64,000 bases of DNA from Escherichia coli (GTDB lineage: Bacteria; Pseudomonadota; Gammaproteobacteria; Enterobacterales; Enterobacteriaceae). The position numbers and the translations under genes are program-made. The number at the start of each line of letters is the position of its first letter. The stretch's first letter is position 1. Location: assembly GCF_003334765.1 (NCBI RefSeq), contig NZ_QOWT01000008.1; one strand, 5' to 3'. The notes beneath the pieces were generated by a model. The model had not been told where the DNA came from and made no database searches. It was given only the letters and a program-made list of their open reading frames with translations. Below are positions 62,498 to 64,000 of this stretch, one piece after another.

Positions 62498-62656
62498 GTG
62501 AAAGATATTTTATTTTCTTCCGGCGTTGGTTTTGGTATTGGTGCTTTGTTTACAATCGTGCGCTTGCCTATTCCTGTACCAAATGTATTACCGGGTATAT
62601 TATCCATTGTGTTTATGTATGTCGGATATCTGGTGGTGAAATACTTTATGCCATGA
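62498..62656 (+). CDS. candidate 52-aa hydrophobic small protein (unverified)
   Basis: GTG start with weak AAGG upstream; translation VKDILFSSGVGFGIGALFTIVRLPIPVPNVLPGILSIVFMYVGYLVVKYFMP; below ORF-track cutoff; AT-rich with rare codons. Confidence 0.2.
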   Translation: MKDILFSSGVGFGIGALFTIVRLPIPVPNVLPGILSIVFMYVGYLVVKYFMP

Positions 62657-62696
62657 TAATTTAATACGATGTATTTATTATATGGAGCACTTAATT

Positions 62697-63581
62697 ATGG
62701 AACGCGTATACAGAACAGATCTTAAGTTGCTCCGTTATTTTCTTGCCGTAGCGGAAGAGTTGCATTTTGGCCGCGCAGCAGCGCGTTTAAATATGTCTCA
62801 GCCTCCGCTCAGCATTCATATTAAAGAGCTGGAAAATCAACTCGGCACGCAGCTTTTTATTCGCCATTCGCGCAGCGTCGTACTGACACACGCGGGCAAA
62901 ATCTTGATGGAAGAATCGCGTCGATTGCTGGTGAATGCTAATAATGTATTGGCTCGGATTGAACAAATAGGTCGGGGAGAAGCAGGGCGGATTGAACTCG
63001 GCGTAGTGGGAACGGCAATGTGGGGACGGATGCGCCCGGTTATGCGGCGATTCCTCAGGGAAAATCCTAACGTTGACGTTCTTTTTCGCGAAAAGATGCC
63101 CGCGATGCAAATGGCCTTGCTGGAACGCCGCGAACTTGATGCCGGGATCTGGCGAATGGCGACAGAACCACCGACTGGTTTTACCAGCTTACGGTTGCAT
63201 GAATCGGCGTTTCTGGTGGCGATGCCTGAAGAGCATCATCTCTCATCATTTTCCACCGTCCCGCTGGAAGCGCTACGTGACGAGTATTTTGTTACAATGC
63301 CGCCCGTTTACACTGACTGGGATTTTTTGCAGCGAGTTTGCCAGCAGGTGGGATTTTCACCGGTTGTTATTCGCGAAGTTAATGAACCGCAAACGGTACT
63401 CGCTATGGTCAGTATGGGCATTGGTATCACATTGATAGCGGACAGCTACGCACAAATGAACTGGCCAGGTGTCATTTTCCGTCCGCTCAAACAGCGCATC
63501 CCTGCAGATTTATATATTGTTTATGAAACACAGCAGGTGACGCCCGCGATGGTTAAGCTGTTGGCTGCATTGACACAGTAG
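62697..63581 (+). CDS. xapR: LysR-family activator XapR
   Basis: Internal ATG 62697 gives 294 aa starting MERVYRTDLKLLRYF. Confidence 0.9.
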   Translation: MERVYRTDLKLLRYFLAVAEELHFGRAAARLNMSQPPLSIHIKELENQLGTQLFIRHSRSVVLTHAGKILMEESRRLLVNANNVLARIEQIGRGEAGRIELGVVGTAMWGRMRPVMRRFLRENPNVDVLFREKMPAMQMALLERRELDAGIWRMATEPPTGFTSLRLHESAFLVAMPEEHHLSSFSTVPLEALRDEYFVTMPPVYTDWDFLQRVCQQVGFSPVVIREVNEPQTVLAMVSMGIGITLIADSYAQMNWPGVIFRPLKQRIPADLYIVYETQQVTPAMVKLLAALTQ

Positions 63582-63646
63582 GTGAGGAGACAGGAATTGC
63601 CGGAAATAGTAGTCTGCTAAGTGAAGCGCATCAGGCAATTTCGCAA

Positions 63647-63707
63647 ATCGCAGATAGCAAAAAAGCGCCTTTAGGGCGCTTTTTTACATTGGTGGGTCGT
63701 GCAGGAT
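63647..63707. repeat. 61-bp direct repeat, copy 1: terminator hairpin plus 3'-terminal 18 nt of tRNA-Lys (copy 2 at 63803-63863 runs into intact lysV)
   Basis: ATCGCAGATAG(C/T)AAAAAAGCGCCTTTAGGGCGCTTTTTTACATTGGTGGGTCGTGCAGGAT occurs twice, 156-bp period, one mismatch. Confidence 0.8.
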
Positions 63708-63845
63708 GACTCGCTTCGCTCGCCCTTCGGGCCGTCGCCGCGAGCGGCTCCGTTGTTTCGCTGCGCTCAACTCAAACCTGCTGCAGGTTCGAATCTTTGA
63801 GTATCGCAGATAGTAAAAAAGCGCCTTTAGGGCGCTTTTTTACAT

Positions 63846-63921
63846 TGGTGGGTCGTGCAGGATTCGAACCTGCGACCAATTGATTAAAAGTCAACTGCTC
63901 TACCAACTGAGCTAACGACCC
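63846..63921 (-). tRNA. lysV: tRNA-Lys (anticodon UUU)
   Basis: Reverse complement gives a 76-nt tRNA with anticodon loop CTTTTAA and CCA end. Confidence 0.95.
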
Positions 63922-63925
63922 GAAG

Positions 63926-64000
63926 TGGTGGGTGATGACGGGATCGAACCGCCGACCCCCTCCTTGTAAGGGAGGTGCTCTCCCAGCTGAGCTAATCACC
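63926..64000 (-). tRNA. valY: tRNA-Val (anticodon UAC), lacking only its 5'-terminal nucleotide at the window edge
   Basis: Reverse complement gives GGTGATTAGCTCAGCTGGGAGAGCACCTCCCTTACAAGGAGG...CACCCACCA; which val gene of the cluster is assigned by position. Confidence 0.9.

Noticed and set aside
63647-63863. Integrated prophage or genomic island at the tRNA-Lys gene
   Set aside because: A partial tRNA 3'-end repeat exists, but only about 95 bp separates the copies and there is no integrase, excisionase or cargo; reported as a scar or duplication instead.
63772-63999. 75-aa ORF on the minus strand at the window end
   Set aside because: The interval is occupied by tRNA-Lys and tRNA-Val genes and the duplicated terminator; the ORF is a chance reading frame through structured RNA genes.

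Overview
This 64-kb window reads as Escherichia coli-type core chromosome, in reverse orientation to K-12 numbering, and I do not see a large undescribed system in it. Gene order is dapE(partial)-yffB-ypfM-acrD-narQ / aegA-nudK-ypfG / tktB-talA / maeB / the complete 17-gene eut operon (eutSPQTDMNEJGHABCLKR) / hemF-amiA / ypeA-yfeZ-yfeY-yfeX / yfeW-murP-murQ / murR-ucpA-cysPUWAM / yfeS-yfeK / pdxK / crr-ptsI-ptsH / cysK / cysZ / zipA-ligA-ypeB / yfeH / yfeR / yfeN / xapA-xapB-xapR / tRNA-Lys, tRNA-Val. All gene calls rest on recognising the supplied ORF translations and on manual reading of start codons, ribosome-binding sites, hairpins and repeats; no database search or computation was run. 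Many ORF-track starts are upstream GTG/TTG extensions (narQ track start is GTG, eutK TTG), so several starts were moved to the internal ATG/GTG with a Shine-Dalgarno. The eut operon is uninterrupted between eutA and eutB, so this is not a K-12 MG1655-type chromosome. I found no IS element, integrase, prophage gene or CRISPR array; the only repetitive DNA is REP/BIME palindromes at five intergenic sites. The least-explained items are the AT-rich yfeK-yfeS pair (WGR-domain protein plus small secreted protein), a duplicated tRNA-Lys 3'-end/terminator module beside lysV, a 52-codon hydrophobic ORF between xapB and xapR, and several intergenic palindromes and intra-operon hairpins.
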